Shown here piece after piece: positions 36,415-36,438 of a DNA stretch of 36,438 nt. This stretch comes from an uncultured Alphaproteobacteria bacterium (GTDB taxonomy: Bacteria > Pseudomonadota > Alphaproteobacteria > Rhizobiales > TMED25), in assembly GCA_938074435.1 (NCBI GenBank), contig CALJEH010000065.1, positions 1-36,438 of the forward strand, written 5' to 3'. The notes below the pieces were generated by a model. It saw only the letters and a list, made by a program, of their open reading frames with translations, did no database searches and was not told the DNA's origin. Positions within the stretch are counted from its first letter, which is position 1. Each line of letters begins with the position of its first letter. The position numbers were made by a program, and so were the translations under genes.

Positions 36415-36438
36415 GTTAAAATAATTATAAATAAATTC

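Noticed and set aside
1-36438. CRISPR array, prophage, defence system or riboswitch
   Set aside because: No periodic repeats or related genes were seen, and intergenic gaps are short with no recognisable aptamer; a covariance-model scan was not possible.

Overview
AT-rich alphaproteobacterial chromosome segment; the gene order is Rhizobiales/Hyphomicrobiales-like (inference from synteny). Most of it is housekeeping: lptC-lptA-lptB-rpoN; tRNA-Phe, yacG, an orphan gene, maf, hisD, murA, tRNA-Thr; flavodoxin, M17 peptidase, NlpC/P60; yejABEF; cycM; kdsB-pheA; SRP RNA-dnaX-ybaB-recR; rmuC; def-fmt-truA. The main item of interest is a ~12.1 kb, 12-gene catabolic island (3246-15376) lying between rpoN, where hpf/ptsN normally follow, and the 3' end of tRNA-Phe. 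It encodes an ACMSD-like amidohydrolase, a CMD-fold protein, three Gfo/Idh/MocA oxidoreductases, a TauD-like Fe/2OG dioxygenase, a TerC protein, a PrpD-family enzyme, an MLE-subgroup enolase and a TRAP transporter, with no regulator or integrase. Several of these proteins deviate at family-diagnostic residues (DctP lacks the carboxylate-binding Arg; the enolase lacks both the MLE Glu and the epimerase DxD), which suggests an uncharacterised pathway whose substrate cannot be read from sequence. Smaller signals include a consensus sigma-54 site inside dctM, two hairpins around dctP, an uncalled 43-aa gene before murA, an NlpC/P60 gene lacking a canonical start for its SH3-like N-terminus, and an A9 run in dnaX where a gamma-subunit truncation would fall. 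All family calls are by motif recognition; no searches were run.
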